Shown one piece after another: positions 18,888 to 30,442 of a stretch of DNA of 64,000 bases. Source of the stretch: Pelagibacterales bacterium SAG-MED20. GTDB lineage: Bacteria; Pseudomonadota; Alphaproteobacteria; Pelagibacterales; Pelagibacteraceae. A program made the position numbers and the translations under genes. Each line of letters starts with the position of its first letter. Positions within the stretch are counted from its first letter, which is position 1. The stretch is taken from assembly GCA_014653975.1 (NCBI GenBank), contig JACWDR010000002.1:1887-65886 (forward strand), given 5' to 3'. Below the pieces are notes generated by a model. That model was given only the letters and a program-made list of their open reading frames with translations, was not told the origin of the DNA and made no database searches.

Positions 18888-18939
18888 CTTCAACCAGAGA
18901 TAGTTTATAATTCTGATACAATTATAAAAGGAGAAAAAT

Positions 18940-19290
18940 ATGAGCTCAATTGAAGTTAAAACTTTTGATAATCCAGACGAAAGTAACACAAGCTTTAATA
19001 ATGCTAAAATGGATATTGTAAAAGTAGGAGACCAAAGAGTAATGAGACTAGTTTTGCAACCAGGCTGGAAATGGTCACAAGATATTAAGCCAACTGTAGG
19101 TACTGATAGCTGTAAAGCAAAACATCTCGGAGTAATAGTTTCTGGAGCAGTCTGTGCTAAACATGATGATGGAACAGAATTAACTTATAAAGCAGGTGAT
19201 GCATATTCAATAGATCCAGGTCATGATGGTTGGGTAGTAGGCAATGAGCCAGCAGTTGTTTATGAATTTCATGGAAAATGGGGAGAATAA
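18940..19290 (+). CDS. Cupin domain protein
   Basis: QPGWKWS..KP..GTDSC...H and IDPGHDGWVVGNEP; strong AGGAG SD. Confidence 0.88.
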   Translation: MSSIEVKTFDNPDESNTSFNNAKMDIVKVGDQRVMRLVLQPGWKWSQDIKPTVGTDSCKAKHLGVIVSGAVCAKHDDGTELTYKAGDAYSIDPGHDGWVVGNEPAVVYEFHGKWGE

Positions 19291-19317
19291 TAATACAAAC
19301 ATAAAAGAGAATAATTA

Positions 19318-19506
19318 ATGATTTGTATTAAAGCTGAAATACCAGAAGAGTTAAGTGACATAGATGATGAGTTAAAAGCTATTTACCATAGCAAAAACAC
19401 AGTTTGTTTTTATATATTTAAAACAAGAGAATTAAGAAATGCATTTATAGAAAGAACAAAAGGGATGAATAAAGAAAGTAGAGAAAAAATTTATAAAGAG
19501 AATTAA
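19318..19506 (+). CDS. Small hypothetical protein (62 aa)
   Basis: Fills the gap between co-oriented genes; protein-like composition. Confidence 0.7.
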   Translation: MICIKAEIPEELSDIDDELKAIYHSKNTVCFYIFKTRELRNAFIERTKGMNKESREKIYKEN

Positions 19507-19529
19507 TTAAATTAAACTAGGAGAAATAT

Positions 19530-19892
19530 ATGAAACTAAATTGTCATTGTGGATCTGTTGAAGCTGAAATTAGTGTTTCAATTAATGAGTTAGTAAAAAT
19601 AGTAAAATGTAACTGCTCTATCTGTAAAAGAAAGAATGCAACCATGGGTATGATTAAAAATGAAGATTTTAAAATTACAAAGGGAGAAGATCAATTGAAG
19701 CTTTATCAATTTCATACAAAAGTTGCTAAACATTATTTTTGTTCTGAATGTGGAATTTATACCCATCACAATCCAAGGAGCAATCCTACAATGACTGGAT
19801 TTAATTTAGGATGTGTCGATGAGGTTGATGTAGCTAACTTAAAAGATATTACTTCAATAGATGGCCAAAACCATCCTCTTGATAATAAGTAA
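19530..19892 (+). CDS. GFA/CENP-V family Zn-binding protein
   Basis: CHCG, CNCSIC, FCSECG. Confidence 0.92.
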   Translation: MKLNCHCGSVEAEISVSINELVKIVKCNCSICKRKNATMGMIKNEDFKITKGEDQLKLYQFHTKVAKHYFCSECGIYTHHNPRSNPTMTGFNLGCVDEVDVANLKDITSIDGQNHPLDNK

Positions 19893-19898
19893 TTTTTT

Positions 19899-20825
19899 AT
19901 GCAACGAGTTAACGATTGTTTTATTAAAGTAAAAAAAGATTGTCTTAAATTTATCTCTTCTCAAGAAACAAAGAGAGATAGATTTAAAAATAAAGATAAG
20001 ATGATTAAATCTTTTTTAATTCCAGTAAGCTTTTGGATAGCAAAAAAAGCTTATAAAAAAAAACCATTAATAATTGGTTTGGCAGGTGGTCAGGGTTCAG
20101 GTAAAACGACTATTTCATCAATTTTAACTTTGATATTAAAAAAGTATTTTAAATTAAATGTCTTTAAAATTTCAATTGATGATTTTTATAAAACAAGAAA
20201 AGACAGAAAATTATTATCTCAAAATAAGCACCCTTTATTAATGACAAGAGGAGTTCCAGGAACTCATGACATAGAATTAATTTTAAAATTTTTTAAAAAG
20301 ATTAAATCAAAGAATTTTAAAAATATAACAGTTCCTAAATTTAATAAAGCAATAGATGATCGTTTTAAAAAAGAATTGTGGTTTAAGGTCAAATCTAAAC
20401 CTGACGTGATAATTTTTGAGGGCTGGTGTGTTGGTGCCAAAGCTCAAACAAACAAGCAGCTGAAAATTCCAATTAATTCACTAGAGAGGGTTTATGACCA
20501 AGGGATTAAATGGAGATCTCATGTTAATAACCAATTGAAAACAAAATATAAGGCATTATTTGATCAGTTAGACGGATTGCTTTATTTAAAGGCTAAAAAT
20601 TTTGATATATTAAGAAATTGGAGATTGAAACAAGAGAGAAAACTTTGGGTGCAAACAAAAAATAAGAAGAATTTGAAGATTATGAGCAGTGGAGATGTAA
20701 TAAACTTTATGCAAACTTATCAAAGAATTACTCAACAAATGTTAAAAGATGCTATAAAAAATTCATCTATAATTATGAATTTAAATAACAAACATCAAAT
20801 TCAAAATATAAAATTTAAAAAATAA
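19899..20825 (+). CDS. P-loop kinase, D-glycerate 3-kinase (GLYK)-like
   Basis: GGQGSGKTT, SIDDFY, RGVPGTHD, FEGWCVG. Confidence 0.8.
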   Translation: MQRVNDCFIKVKKDCLKFISSQETKRDRFKNKDKMIKSFLIPVSFWIAKKAYKKKPLIIGLAGGQGSGKTTISSILTLILKKYFKLNVFKISIDDFYKTRKDRKLLSQNKHPLLMTRGVPGTHDIELILKFFKKIKSKNFKNITVPKFNKAIDDRFKKELWFKVKSKPDVIIFEGWCVGAKAQTNKQLKIPINSLERVYDQGIKWRSHVNNQLKTKYKALFDQLDGLLYLKAKNFDILRNWRLKQERKLWVQTKNKKNLKIMSSGDVINFMQTYQRITQQMLKDAIKNSSIIMNLNNKHQIQNIKFKK

Positions 20826-22123
20826 TGATGAAAAAAATATTGATAATATTGTTAACATTAACTTTGGTTAATCAGAAAGCTTTTGCAGTTACTTTGTCAG
20901 AAGCTTTACTTCAGGCCTATATTAATAACCCAGAGCTTAATGCAGAGAGAAAAAATATTAATGCATCAAAAGAAGATTTAAAAATTTCAAAAAGTAATTA
21001 TTTACCCTCAGTCATAATTTCTGGAAGTAAAAGTCAAGAAGATACAAGTAAACTAACCAATAGAGCAGGAAGAGATGTAACAATTAACGATGTTGATCCT
21101 TTAACTCAGTCAATAACAATTGAGCAAACATTAATTGACTTTGGTAGAAATGCAGATGTTCAAAAGAACAGATTAGGAATTAATCTTGCAAACGTAAAAT
21201 TTTTAAAAAAAGAACAAGAAATTTTATTAAAAGCAATTGAAGCTTACTCAGGATTAATCCTAGCTAACGAAAAATCTAAAATTAATCAGAGCAACTTAGA
21301 TCTATTAGAAAGGCAAGTGGAAACTGATAGAGCTAGACTTGAAAGAGGGCAAATTACTTTATCAGATTTAGCACAATCAGAGGCATCACTTGCAGGGGCT
21401 CAAGCAAACTTTATTCAATCTAAAAATGAAATTATATCTAATAAACTTAACTATGAGAATGTAATAGGGTTAATTTCAGATGAAAATTCCCTAAAAAAAA
21501 ATATTGATATAGATTTTTCTCTTCCTAAAGATTTAAATAATGCAATTGAAACTTCAAAAAAAAATAACCCTGAATTAATTATAGCTAAATTAGAATTTCA
21601 ACAATCAGAAAAAGATGTAATTATTTCAGAATCTGACTTATCACCATCAGCTAAACTTTCTTACGAAAACTCTAGAGTTGAAGATTTAAGTTCTTCATAT
21701 GACAAGCGTAATAAAAGTACTTTAAAAGCTACAGTTACATGGCCAATATATTCAGGTGGTAAAAATAGAGCCTCATTCAATAAAAGTAGAAATCTGCAAG
21801 ATAGAAAAAGGCTATTATTGGATAGTGCAATAAAAAAAAATAAGACTAATGTAGCAATTGCATGGTCTACACTTCAATCCTCAAAAAGTTTATTAAATTC
21901 AGTTAAATCTCAAGTTAAAGCAGCCGAAATTGCAAATGAAGGAATTACAGTTGAGTATGAATCTGGACTTGGAAGATCTACATTAGATGTAATTCAATCT
22001 AACTCCATTCTATTAAATGCAAAAATTAACCTAGCAAACTCAGAAAGAAACTATCTTCTTTCACAATTTAAATTTTTAAAATCTGTTGGTCTTTTAAATA
22101 GCAATCATCTAAAAATTAACTAA
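20825..22123 (+). CDS. tolC: TolC-family outer membrane efflux protein
   Basis: Signal peptide, NNPEL repeats, YLPSV, G.RSTLDV motif. Confidence 0.92.
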   Translation: MMKKILIILLTLTLVNQKAFAVTLSEALLQAYINNPELNAERKNINASKEDLKISKSNYLPSVIISGSKSQEDTSKLTNRAGRDVTINDVDPLTQSITIEQTLIDFGRNADVQKNRLGINLANVKFLKKEQEILLKAIEAYSGLILANEKSKINQSNLDLLERQVETDRARLERGQITLSDLAQSEASLAGAQANFIQSKNEIISNKLNYENVIGLISDENSLKKNIDIDFSLPKDLNNAIETSKKNNPELIIAKLEFQQSEKDVIISESDLSPSAKLSYENSRVEDLSSSYDKRNKSTLKATVTWPIYSGGKNRASFNKSRNLQDRKRLLLDSAIKKNKTNVAIAWSTLQSSKSLLNSVKSQVKAAEIANEGITVEYESGLGRSTLDVIQSNSILLNAKINLANSERNYLLSQFKFLKSVGLLNSNHLKIN

Positions 22124-22167
22124 ATTAAAGGTTTTTTAGTTAAAAAAATATTTGTTGTTGATAAAAA

Positions 22168-22182
22168 GAACAAAATGTGTAC
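22168..22182 (+). promoter_or_regulatory. LexA box upstream of recA
   Basis: GAAC-AAAATGT-GTAC, just downstream of a TTGATA -35-like hexamer at 22158. Confidence 0.8.
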
Positions 22183-22231
22183 ATTTAATGTATGATTCGT
22201 ATCAAAAAAATTAACAAAAAAAAGGCATAAA

Positions 22232-23380
22232 ATGACTAAAAACACTCTAAAAGTAGTTAAATCTACAAAACAACAAGAAGCAGATAGTAACGAAAAAAGT
22301 AAAGCTTTAGAAGCTGCAATTAGCCAAATTACAGATAATTTTGGAAAAGGCTCAGTAATGAAACTTGGCCAAAGAAGAGCAATGGATATCGAGTCTGTAT
22401 CAACAGGTTCTCTAAGCTTAGATGTTGCACTTGGAATAGGTGGTTTACCAAAAGGAAGAATTATAGAGGTATATGGGCCAGAATCATCAGGAAAAACAAC
22501 TTTAGCTTTACAAGTTGTGGCTGAAGCTCAAAAAGCTGGTGGAATTTGTGCTTTTGTTGATGCAGAGCACGCATTAGATCCTGTTTATGCAAAAAACTTA
22601 GGTGTAAATACAGAAGAACTATTAATTTCTCAACCAGATGCTGGTGAACAAGCTTTAGAAATAGCTGATACATTAGTTAAATCAGGTTCTATTTCAGTAA
22701 TTGTAGTGGATTCAGTTGCAGCATTAACTCCAAGAGCTGAAATTGAAGGAGAAATGGGAGACCATCATGTTGGGCTTCAATCTAGGTTGATGAGTCAGGC
22801 CTTAAGAAAGTTAACAAGCTCTATATCTAATACAAATACTATGATGATTTTTATTAACCAAATAAGAATGAAAATTGGTGTTATGTTTGGGAGCCCAGAA
22901 ACAACATCGGGAGGCAATGCACTAAAGTTCTATTCATCAGTAAGAATGGATATTAGAAGAATTGGTGCCATCAAAAATGGAGATGAAATTATTGGTAACT
23001 CAACAAGAGTTAAAGTTGTTAAAAACAAAGTAGCACCACCATTCAAAGTAGTCGAATTTGATTTGATGTATGGAAAAGGAATTAGCAAAGTAGGAGAGTT
23101 AGTTGATCTCGGGGCAAAAGCAGGAATAGTGGAAAAATCTGGGGCTTGGTATGCTTATAAAGGTGAAAAAATTGGTCAAGGAAGAGAAAATGCAAAAATT
23201 CATCTTGAGCAAAATCCTAAAATTGCTGCAGAAATAGAAATGGCTATAAGGGAAAAAGCAGGAGTAATAGCAAAAAAAATTGAAGGTAATCCACTTGATC
23301 CAGAAAAAGCTGCAAAAGATCAAATAGAAGACCCAAAAGTGGTAACCAAAGAAGAATTGACACCACCAAAAAAGAATTAG
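22232..23380 (+). CDS. recA: Recombinase A
   Basis: [30 protein letters not shown]. Confidence 0.99.
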   Translation: MTKNTLKVVKSTKQQEADSNEKSKALEAAISQITDNFGKGSVMKLGQRRAMDIESVSTGSLSLDVALGIGGLPKGRIIEVYGPESSGKTTLALQVVAEAQKAGGICAFVDAEHALDPVYAKNLGVNTEELLISQPDAGEQALEIADTLVKSGSISVIVVDSVAALTPRAEIEGEMGDHHVGLQSRLMSQALRKLTSSISNTNTMMIFINQIRMKIGVMFGSPETTSGGNALKFYSSVRMDIRRIGAIKNGDEIIGNSTRVKVVKNKVAPPFKVVEFDLMYGKGISKVGELVDLGAKAGIVEKSGAWYAYKGEKIGQGRENAKIHLEQNPKIAAEIEMAIREKAGVIAKKIEGNPLDPEKAAKDQIEDPKVVTKEELTPPKKN

Positions 23381-23406
23381 TTAAAGTAAAGTCATCTTTA
23401 ATTATT

Positions 23407-23434
23407 AAAAGGCGCTTAATTAAGCGCCTTTTTT
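23407..23434 (+). terminator. Intrinsic terminator after recA (palindromic)
   Basis: AAAAGGCGCTTAATTAAGCGCCTTTTTT. Confidence 0.88.
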
Positions 23435-23482
23435 CCCTTACACTTTTCTAGACATCAAATAAAAAAGCTGTATTTTAAAAAT

Positions 23483-26149
23483 ATGGCCGATAAAACACTT
23501 AATCAAATTAGAAAAACATTTCTAGATTATTTTAAAAAAAATGATCATAAAATTGTTGAGTCTAGCAATTTAGTTCCCGTTAACGATCCAACATTAATGT
23601 TTTCTAACTCAGGAATGGTACAATTTAAAAATGTATTTACAGGGCTAGAAAAAAAAGATTATGTAAGAGCAACAACATCACAAAAATGTGTTAGAGCAGG
23701 TGGGAAACATAATGATTTAGAAAATGTTGGCTATACACCCAGACATCATACTTTTTTTGAAATGCTAGGTAACTTTTCTTTTGGAGATTATTTTAAAGAA
23801 CAAGCAATTCATTATGCATGGAATTTAATCACTAAAGATTTTGGTTTAGATAAAAATCGACTATATGTAACAGTATTTCACAAAGATGAAGAAGCATTTA
23901 ATTTTTGGAGGAAAATAGCAGGTTTTAGCGATAACCGAATAATCAAAATAGCTACATCCGATAATTTTTGGTCAATGGGTGAGACAGGTCCCTGTGGTCC
24001 ATGCTCAGAGATTTTTTATGACCATGGTGATCATTTATCCGGAGGATTACCTGGAACTAAAAATGAAGATGGGGATCGATTCATAGAAATTTGGAACTTA
24101 GTCTTTATGCAATATGAACAAATTACTAAAGATAAAAGAATAGAACTTCCAAAACCATCTGTTGATACTGGGATGGGTTTAGAGAGAATTACAGCTTTGC
24201 TTCAAGGAACTCACGATAATTATGAAACAGATCATTTTAAGAAAATAATTAATTCTGCATCTGAAATTATCAAAAAAAAATATGATCAATCTAATCAATC
24301 TAGTTTTAGGGTTATAGCTGATCATTTGAGAGCAAGCGCTTTTTTAATAGCAGAGGGAGTGCTTCCGTCAAATGAAGGTAGAGGTTATGTTCTTAGAAGA
24401 ATTATGAGAAGAGGAATGAGACATTCTCATTTACTTGGAGCTAAAGTCCCAGTTTTTTATAATTTGTTTGAAACACTAAGAGATGAAATGTCAGATAACT
24501 ATCCTGAATTGATAAGAGCTGATTCCTTAATTAAAGAAACTCTTAGAATGGAAGAGGAAAAATTTTTTGTCCTTTTAGATAGAGGAATAAAGATTTTAGA
24601 TGATGAAATATCTAAGATAGATAAAATTTTACCAGGAGAAGTAGCATTCAAGTTATACGACACTTATGGATTTCCATTAGATCTTACCGAAGATATTTTG
24701 AGAAACAAATCAATGTCAATTGATACAGAAAAATTTAAATCTTTAATGAAAGAAAGCAGAGAGCTTGCTAAAAAAAATTGGAAAGGATCAGGTGATGCTG
24801 CAGTTGAAGATGTCTGGTTTGGAATAAAAGATAAATTGGGTCCAACAGAATTTTTAGGCTATGAAATTAGTCAAACTGAAGGAATAATCTTATCACTTTT
24901 AAATAATAATAAAGAAGTTAAAAAATTAAAAGAAAATGACGAAGGAATGATTATTGTTAATCAAACCCCATTTTATGGAGAGTCTGGAGGTCAAGTAGGT
25001 GACACAGGTGAAATTATTGCAAATAATTTTAAATTTGAAGTAACTGATGTTCAAAAAAAATTAGGTGATTTATTTGTTCATTATGGAAGAGTAATAAGTG
25101 GATCAATAAGAATAAAAGATAGTGTCGAATTAAAGATTAATGTTGAAAGAAGAGATGATACTCGAGCATATCACTCTGCAACTCATTTGTTACACGAATC
25201 TTTAAGAAGGGTGCTAGGTGATCATGTAACTCAAAAAGGCTCCTTAGTACAACCTAGTCGTTTGAGATTTGATTTTAGTCACGTGAAACCAATTACAAGT
25301 GAGGAGATTGATAAAGTTGAAAGTTTTGTAAATAGGATGGTTTCTAAAAAAACAGATGTAAAAACACGTTTAATGACACCTGATGAAGCTGTTGAAAGTG
25401 GTGCTCTAGCTTTATTTGGGGAAAAGTATGGTGATGAAGTTAGAGTTCTTTCAATGGGAGATGAAGAAGGTAAGTATTTTTCAACTGAGTTATGTGGTGG
25501 AACACATGTTAAAAATACAAAAGATATTGGTAAATTTAAGATAATAAGTCAATCTTCTATTGCAGCAGGAGTTAGAAGAATTGAAGCTTTGAGAGATAGA
25601 CAACTAGATGATTATTTAAAAGATCAGGAAAAATTATCTAATATTTCATCAAAAAAAAATGATGAATTAATTAAAGGTTTAAGTCAACAAATAATTGATT
25701 TAGGTGGAAATCCTAATACAGATCAGACAGATCAAAAAACTTTAATTAAAGATTTATCAAAACAATTGGAAACTATTTTGGTTAATTCAATTTTAGAGGA
25801 TAAATCTAAAAATATAATCAGAGATGAAGAAATTAATGGAATTAAATTGAGACTTCAAAAAGTTGAAGGGTTGCCATCAAAAGAATTAAGAAAGCTTGTT
25901 GATAAAGGAAAGGAAGAATTAAGTGAAGGTGTTGTTATAGTTTTTGCTAACCAAGGTGATAAAGTTGGAATTGCTGTTGGTGTTACAGAAAAACTAACAA
26001 GTAAATTTGATGCTGTTCAATTTGTTAAAGTTGGATCTGAGATCATAGGAGGAAAAGGTGGAGGAGGCAGAAAAGATTTTGCACAAGCTGGTGGTCAGGA
26101 TCAATCAAAAATTGAAGATGCTTTTGAAAAGCTAAAAAATTTAATTTAA
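23483..26149 (+). CDS. alaS: Alanine--tRNA ligase
   Basis: [24 protein letters not shown] editing motif, ELCGGTH, GGKGGG. Confidence 0.99.
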   Translation: MADKTLNQIRKTFLDYFKKNDHKIVESSNLVPVNDPTLMFSNSGMVQFKNVFTGLEKKDYVRATTSQKCVRAGGKHNDLENVGYTPRHHTFFEMLGNFSFGDYFKEQAIHYAWNLITKDFGLDKNRLYVTVFHKDEEAFNFWRKIAGFSDNRIIKIATSDNFWSMGETGPCGPCSEIFYDHGDHLSGGLPGTKNEDGDRFIEIWNLVFMQYEQITKDKRIELPKPSVDTGMGLERITALLQGTHDNYETDHFKKIINSASEIIKKKYDQSNQSSFRVIADHLRASAFLIAEGVLPSNEGRGYVLRRIMRRGMRHSHLLGAKVPVFYNLFETLRDEMSDNYPELIRADSLIKETLRMEEEKFFVLLDRGIKILDDEISKIDKILPGEVAFKLYDTYGFPLDLTEDILRNKSMSIDTEKFKSLMKESRELAKKNWKGSGDAAVEDVWFGIKDKLGPTEFLGYEISQTEGIILSLLNNNKEVKKLKENDEGMIIVNQTPFYGESGGQVGDTGEIIANNFKFEVTDVQKKLGDLFVHYGRVISGSIRIKDSVELKINVERRDDTRAYHSATHLLHESLRRVLGDHVTQKGSLVQPSRLRFDFSHVKPITSEEIDKVESFVNRMVSKKTDVKTRLMTPDEAVESGALALFGEKYGDEVRVLSMGDEEGKYFSTELCGGTHVKNTKDIGKFKIISQSSIAAGVRRIEALRDRQLDDYLKDQEKLSNISSKKNDELIKGLSQQIIDLGGNPNTDQTDQKTLIKDLSKQLETILVNSILEDKSKNIIRDEEINGIKLRLQKVEGLPSKELRKLVDKGKEELSEGVVIVFANQGDKVGIAVGVTEKLTSKFDAVQFVKVGSEIIGGKGGGGRKDFAQAGGQDQSKIEDAFEKLKNLI

Positions 26150-27355
26150 TTTATTTTTGAGACTGCTATCAATTTTATCTAAAAATTGATTAGTAGTTAA
26201 ATATTTACTTGAAGGTCCAATAAGAATGGCTAAATCTTTTGTCATTGCACCGTTCTCTACACATTCAATACAAACTTTTTCAATAGTTTGAGAAAACTTA
26301 ACCAGATCTTCGTTTCCATCTAATTTTCCTCTATGGGCTAATCCTCGGGTCCAAGCAAATATTGATGCGATTGGATTTGTTGAAGTTTCTTTACCTTCTT
26401 GATGCATTCTATAATGTCTTGTTACTGTACCATGTGCAGCTTCAGCCTCCATTGTTTTTCCATCTGGCGTTAAAAGAACACTCGTCATTAAACCCAAAGA
26501 ACCATACCCCTGTGCCATAGTATCAGACTGAACATCACCATCATAATTTTTACAAGCCCAAATATATTTACCACTCCATTTCATTGCACAAGCGACCATG
26601 TCATCAATTAATCTGTGTTCATATGTAATTTTTAATTTTTCAAATTTTTCTTTAAATTCTTCATCAAATACTTTTTGAAAAATATCTTTAAACTGGCCAT
26701 CATATTGTTTCAGTATTGTATTTTTTGTTGATAAATAAACAGGCCACTTTTTAATTAAACCATAGCCAAAACAAGATCTTGCAAAGTCCTCTATTGATTT
26801 ATCTAAATTATACATAGATAAAGCAATTCCAGGTCCAGGAAAATTAAAAACTTCATATTTTATTTCTTGGTTACCATCTTCCGCTGTCCATTTAATTTCC
26901 ATTTTGCCTTTGCCAGGAACTTTAAAATCTGTTGCTCTATACTGATCTCCAAATGCGTGTCTTCCTATGATTACAGGGTCAGTCCATGAAGGTACTAATT
27001 TAGGAATATTTTTACAAACTATTGGCTCTCTAAACACCGTTCCTCCTATAATATTTCTTATAGTCCCATTAGGAGATCTCCACATCTTTTTTAAATCAAA
27101 CTCTTCAACTCTTGCTTCATCAGGTGTTATGGTTGCACATTTAATGCCAACACCAATTTTTTTAATTGCATTGGCTGAATCAACAGTTATTTGATCATTT
27201 GTATTGTCTCGGCTTTTCATGCCTAAATCAAAATACTTGATACCCAAATCTAAATATGGAAGAATAAGTTTACTCTTAATAAATTCCCATATTATTCTTG
27301 TCATTTCATCACCATCAAGTTCAACAACTGGGTTTTTAACCTTAATTTTAGCCAT
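26141..27355 (-). CDS. icd: NADP-dependent isocitrate dehydrogenase
   Basis: [31 protein letters not shown]. Confidence 0.98.
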   Translation of the reverse strand: MAKIKVKNPVVELDGDEMTRIIWEFIKSKLILPYLDLGIKYFDLGMKSRDNTNDQITVDSANAIKKIGVGIKCATITPDEARVEEFDLKKMWRSPNGTIRNIIGGTVFREPIVCKNIPKLVPSWTDPVIIGRHAFGDQYRATDFKVPGKGKMEIKWTAEDGNQEIKYEVFNFPGPGIALSMYNLDKSIEDFARSCFGYGLIKKWPVYLSTKNTILKQYDGQFKDIFQKVFDEEFKEKFEKLKITYEHRLIDDMVACAMKWSGKYIWACKNYDGDVQSDTMAQGYGSLGLMTSVLLTPDGKTMEAEAAHGTVTRHYRMHQEGKETSTNPIASIFAWTRGLAHRGKLDGNEDLVKFSQTIEKVCIECVENGAMTKDLAILIGPSSKYLTTNQFLDKIDSSLKNKLN

Positions 27356-27432
27356 ATTTGAATAATATATAATAGTAATTGTAATTTAGTGCTTTATATA
27401 CATATTAATAAAAAATTATCAAATAGAAGCTT

Positions 27433-28080
27433 ATGTTAGACAAGATTTTTCCAAAAATTCATTCAGAGGGTTATAAATTTTTAGCCATTGCTATTTTTAT
27501 AACTATAGTTTTATACATCATAAGCACTTTTCTTGGACTTATAGGATTAGTTTTATCTATATGGGTTTATTATTTCTTTAGAGATCCAGAAAGAATTTCA
27601 ATAAATGATGATAATTACTTAACAAGTCCTGCAGACGGTGAAGTTTTAATGGTACACGAAGTAGATGGACCGATAGAACTTAGCCTTCAGGATAAAAAAT
27701 TTACAAAAATAAGTATTTTTATGAATGTTTTTGATTGTCATGTTAATAGAACACCTTGTGAAGGTAAAATCTCCGACATACTTTATAAGCCAGGAAAATT
27801 TTTAAATGCTTCACTAGATAAAGCAAGTGAAGATAATGAGAGAAATTATTATAAAATTGTAAATAATGCTGGAGAAGACATTATAATTGTACAAATTGCA
27901 GGTTTAATTGCAAGAAGAATTGTATGTGAGTCAACTAAAGATCAAGAATTAAAGCAAGGTGATAGAATTGGAATGATTAGGTTTGGAAGTAGAGCAGATG
28001 TTTATTTTGAAAATTATAAACCATTAGTTAAAGTAGGACAAACAACTATTGCTGGTGAAACTTTACTAGCTAAAAAATAA
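27433..28080 (+). CDS. psd: Phosphatidylserine decarboxylase proenzyme
   Basis: FFRDPER, SPADG, HVNR, IRFGSR cleavage motif. Confidence 0.96.
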   Translation: MLDKIFPKIHSEGYKFLAIAIFITIVLYIISTFLGLIGLVLSIWVYYFFRDPERISINDDNYLTSPADGEVLMVHEVDGPIELSLQDKKFTKISIFMNVFDCHVNRTPCEGKISDILYKPGKFLNASLDKASEDNERNYYKIVNNAGEDIIIVQIAGLIARRIVCESTKDQELKQGDRIGMIRFGSRADVYFENYKPLVKVGQTTIAGETLLAKK

Positions 28081-28083
28081 CTT

Positions 28084-28887
28084 ATGGAAAGTCCAAAAAA
28101 TAATTTTAAAATTGTATCTCAAAGGAAAGCAAGAATGATTTTACCCAATGCTTTAACATTAATTGGTGTTTGTATCGGCCTTAGCTCAATTAAATTTGCA
28201 TTAGACTCAAAATTTGAATTATCTATAATTGCTATTCTGTTTGCAGCAATGTTTGATGCGTTAGATGGAAGAGTTGCAAGATTAATAAAAGGCACCTCAT
28301 TAGTGGGAAAGGAATTAGACTCACTTGCTGATGTAATTAGTTTTGGTGTTGCTCCAGCATTCATAATGTATTTTTGGTCTCTAAATAATTTAGGAAAATT
28401 TGGCTGGTTGCTTTGTTTAATTTATGTAGTTTGTGTTGCTCTAAGATTAGCGAGGTTTAATGTGAATACAACTGAAGGCCCTTCCTGGAGGGACAATTTT
28501 TTTGAAGGAATGCCATCTCCAGCAGGAGGGATAATGGTTTTAATGCCTTTGGTATTTTACCTAAGTGAAATAAATATAATTAAAATCAATTACAATATAG
28601 TAGTACCGATATTTTTTATTTTAATTTCAATTTTATTAATCAGTAAAGTTCCAACTTTTTCATTTAAAAAAATTGTTATACCAAGAAGGATGACAATTTT
28701 TGTACTATTCAGTATAGTATTATTTTTCGGGCTTTTATTAATTTATACATTTAAAGTTTTAGTATTTGGTGGATTAATCTACTTTTTTTTAATTCCAGTA
28801 AGTTATTTGAGTTATAAAAAAATTTATAAGGAGAAATTTTTAAATGAAGAGCAAAATGAGAATGAAGATATAGAAGATATACTTTAA
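28084..28887 (+). CDS. pssA: CDP-diacylglycerol--serine O-phosphatidyltransferase
   Basis: DALDGRVAR...LDSLAD CDP-alcohol motif, RLARFN; follows psd. Confidence 0.95.
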   Translation: MESPKNNFKIVSQRKARMILPNALTLIGVCIGLSSIKFALDSKFELSIIAILFAAMFDALDGRVARLIKGTSLVGKELDSLADVISFGVAPAFIMYFWSLNNLGKFGWLLCLIYVVCVALRLARFNVNTTEGPSWRDNFFEGMPSPAGGIMVLMPLVFYLSEINIIKINYNIVVPIFFILISILLISKVPTFSFKKIVIPRRMTIFVLFSIVLFFGLLLIYTFKVLVFGGLIYFFLIPVSYLSYKKIYKEKFLNEEQNENEDIEDIL

Positions 28888-29799
28888 ATGAAAAAAAATG
28901 TAATTGTATCTTTGGCTGACTCAAATTACTTTGAATTACTTAACGAATTGGTCAACTCTATTAAAAGCTTTGAAAAATCAAAGGAAATAGCGATTTGCAT
29001 TTTAGATGCAGGCCTTTCAGAAAAGCAAAAGAATATATTGTTAAAAAAGGTTGATGAAATTAAATCAGCAGAGTGGGATATAGAAGTTTCAACAATTAAA
29101 GTAATAGGTAAAGAGTGGTTAAAGAGCCAGGTATCAAGAGCTTTTCTTCCAAAATATTTTCCAAATTATGAAAAGTATTTATGGATTGATTGTGATGCTT
29201 GGGTAAATGATTGGAATTCAGTTGAGTTATATTTTAAAGCTTGTGAAAATGGTAAACTAGGAATCACTCAATCTTTAGGGCCAGGTTATAAAATAATATC
29301 AAAGGTTAATTGGCTTTTTGGAAAAGTTGCAATAATTAAATCTCAAAATTTTAAACACGCAATTAAATCCAAGATAGGTTTATCTAAAGCAAGAAAATTA
29401 GCATTCTCACCACATATTAATATTGGAGTTTTTTCACTCGAAAAAGATTCACCAGGTTGGGTATCTTGGCAAAAAAATCTTGAGCAAACCTTAAAATCTG
29501 GAAATATTTTTGGTTCAGAGGGTTTGGCTATTAATATGTCAGTTTATATAGATAATTTAGAAACTGAATTTCTACCATTAAATTGTAATTGGATAGCTAG
29601 CAATTTATTACCAAAATTTGACGAAGAGCACGAAACATTTGTAGAGCCCTACTTACCAAATTATAAAATAGGAATTATGCATTTAGCAGCTGGAATTTGG
29701 GATAATGATCAAGACATGAGATTAAATAAAGAAATTAAGGTAAATATTCAAACTATCCAAAAAAATATACTATCTAAAAGTTTAAGGTTTGGTCTGTAA
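28888..29799 (+). CDS. Glycosyltransferase, GT8-like
   Basis: YLWIDCDAWV DxD motif, INIGVF, IMHLAA. Confidence 0.75.
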   Translation: MKKNVIVSLADSNYFELLNELVNSIKSFEKSKEIAICILDAGLSEKQKNILLKKVDEIKSAEWDIEVSTIKVIGKEWLKSQVSRAFLPKYFPNYEKYLWIDCDAWVNDWNSVELYFKACENGKLGITQSLGPGYKIISKVNWLFGKVAIIKSQNFKHAIKSKIGLSKARKLAFSPHINIGVFSLEKDSPGWVSWQKNLEQTLKSGNIFGSEGLAINMSVYIDNLETEFLPLNCNWIASNLLPKFDEEHETFVEPYLPNYKIGIMHLAAGIWDNDQDMRLNKEIKVNIQTIQKNILSKSLRFGL

Positions 29800-30411
29800 T
29801 TGAAAAAAAACAGAATTTCAAAAAATTGGATTAACAAGCAAAAAAGAGATATTTACGTCAGGAAATCACAAGTAGATGGTTATAGAGCTAGATCTGCTTA
29901 TAAACTAATCGAAATTGAAGAAAAATTCAAAATTTTCAAAAATGGTATTTCTGTAATAGACCTAGGAGCTTCGCCTGGCAGTTGGTCACAATATGTTTGT
30001 AAAAGAGTTAAAAATGGAAGATTGATTTCTATTGACCTTAAAGACATGGAAGAAATTGAAAATACAATTCAAATTAAAGGGGATTTTACCAAAACGAAGT
30101 TTCAAGAAACAATCAAAAATTATTTTAAGTCAAAAGTAGACGTTATCATTTCAGATATGGCAGTTAATACCACAGGTATTAAAGATATTGATGCAATATA
30201 TACGGGTGAATTATGCAAAGATGCTATGCTATTTGCAAAAGAGATTTTAGTTAAAGAAGGTAGATTTGTCTCAAAAATTTTTTTAGGTACATCTTTTAAT
30301 GAAATAGTAGCTTTAGCTAAGACAATTTTTAAAGAAGTGAAGGTTTTTAAACCAAAATCTAGTAGAAAAGAATCTAAAGAAAGTTTTATTATTTGTAAAA
30401 TTTTAAGATAG
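29800..30411 (+). CDS. rlmE: 23S rRNA Um2552 methyltransferase
   Basis: YRARSAYKL, DLGASPGSWSQ, SDMA, KPKSSRKES. Confidence 0.96.
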   Translation: MKKNRISKNWINKQKRDIYVRKSQVDGYRARSAYKLIEIEEKFKIFKNGISVIDLGASPGSWSQYVCKRVKNGRLISIDLKDMEEIENTIQIKGDFTKTKFQETIKNYFKSKVDVIISDMAVNTTGIKDIDAIYTGELCKDAMLFAKEILVKEGRFVSKIFLGTSFNEIVALAKTIFKEVKVFKPKSSRKESKESFIICKILR

Positions 30412-30442
30412 AGACTTTTATTTTTAAATGAATCATATATAA

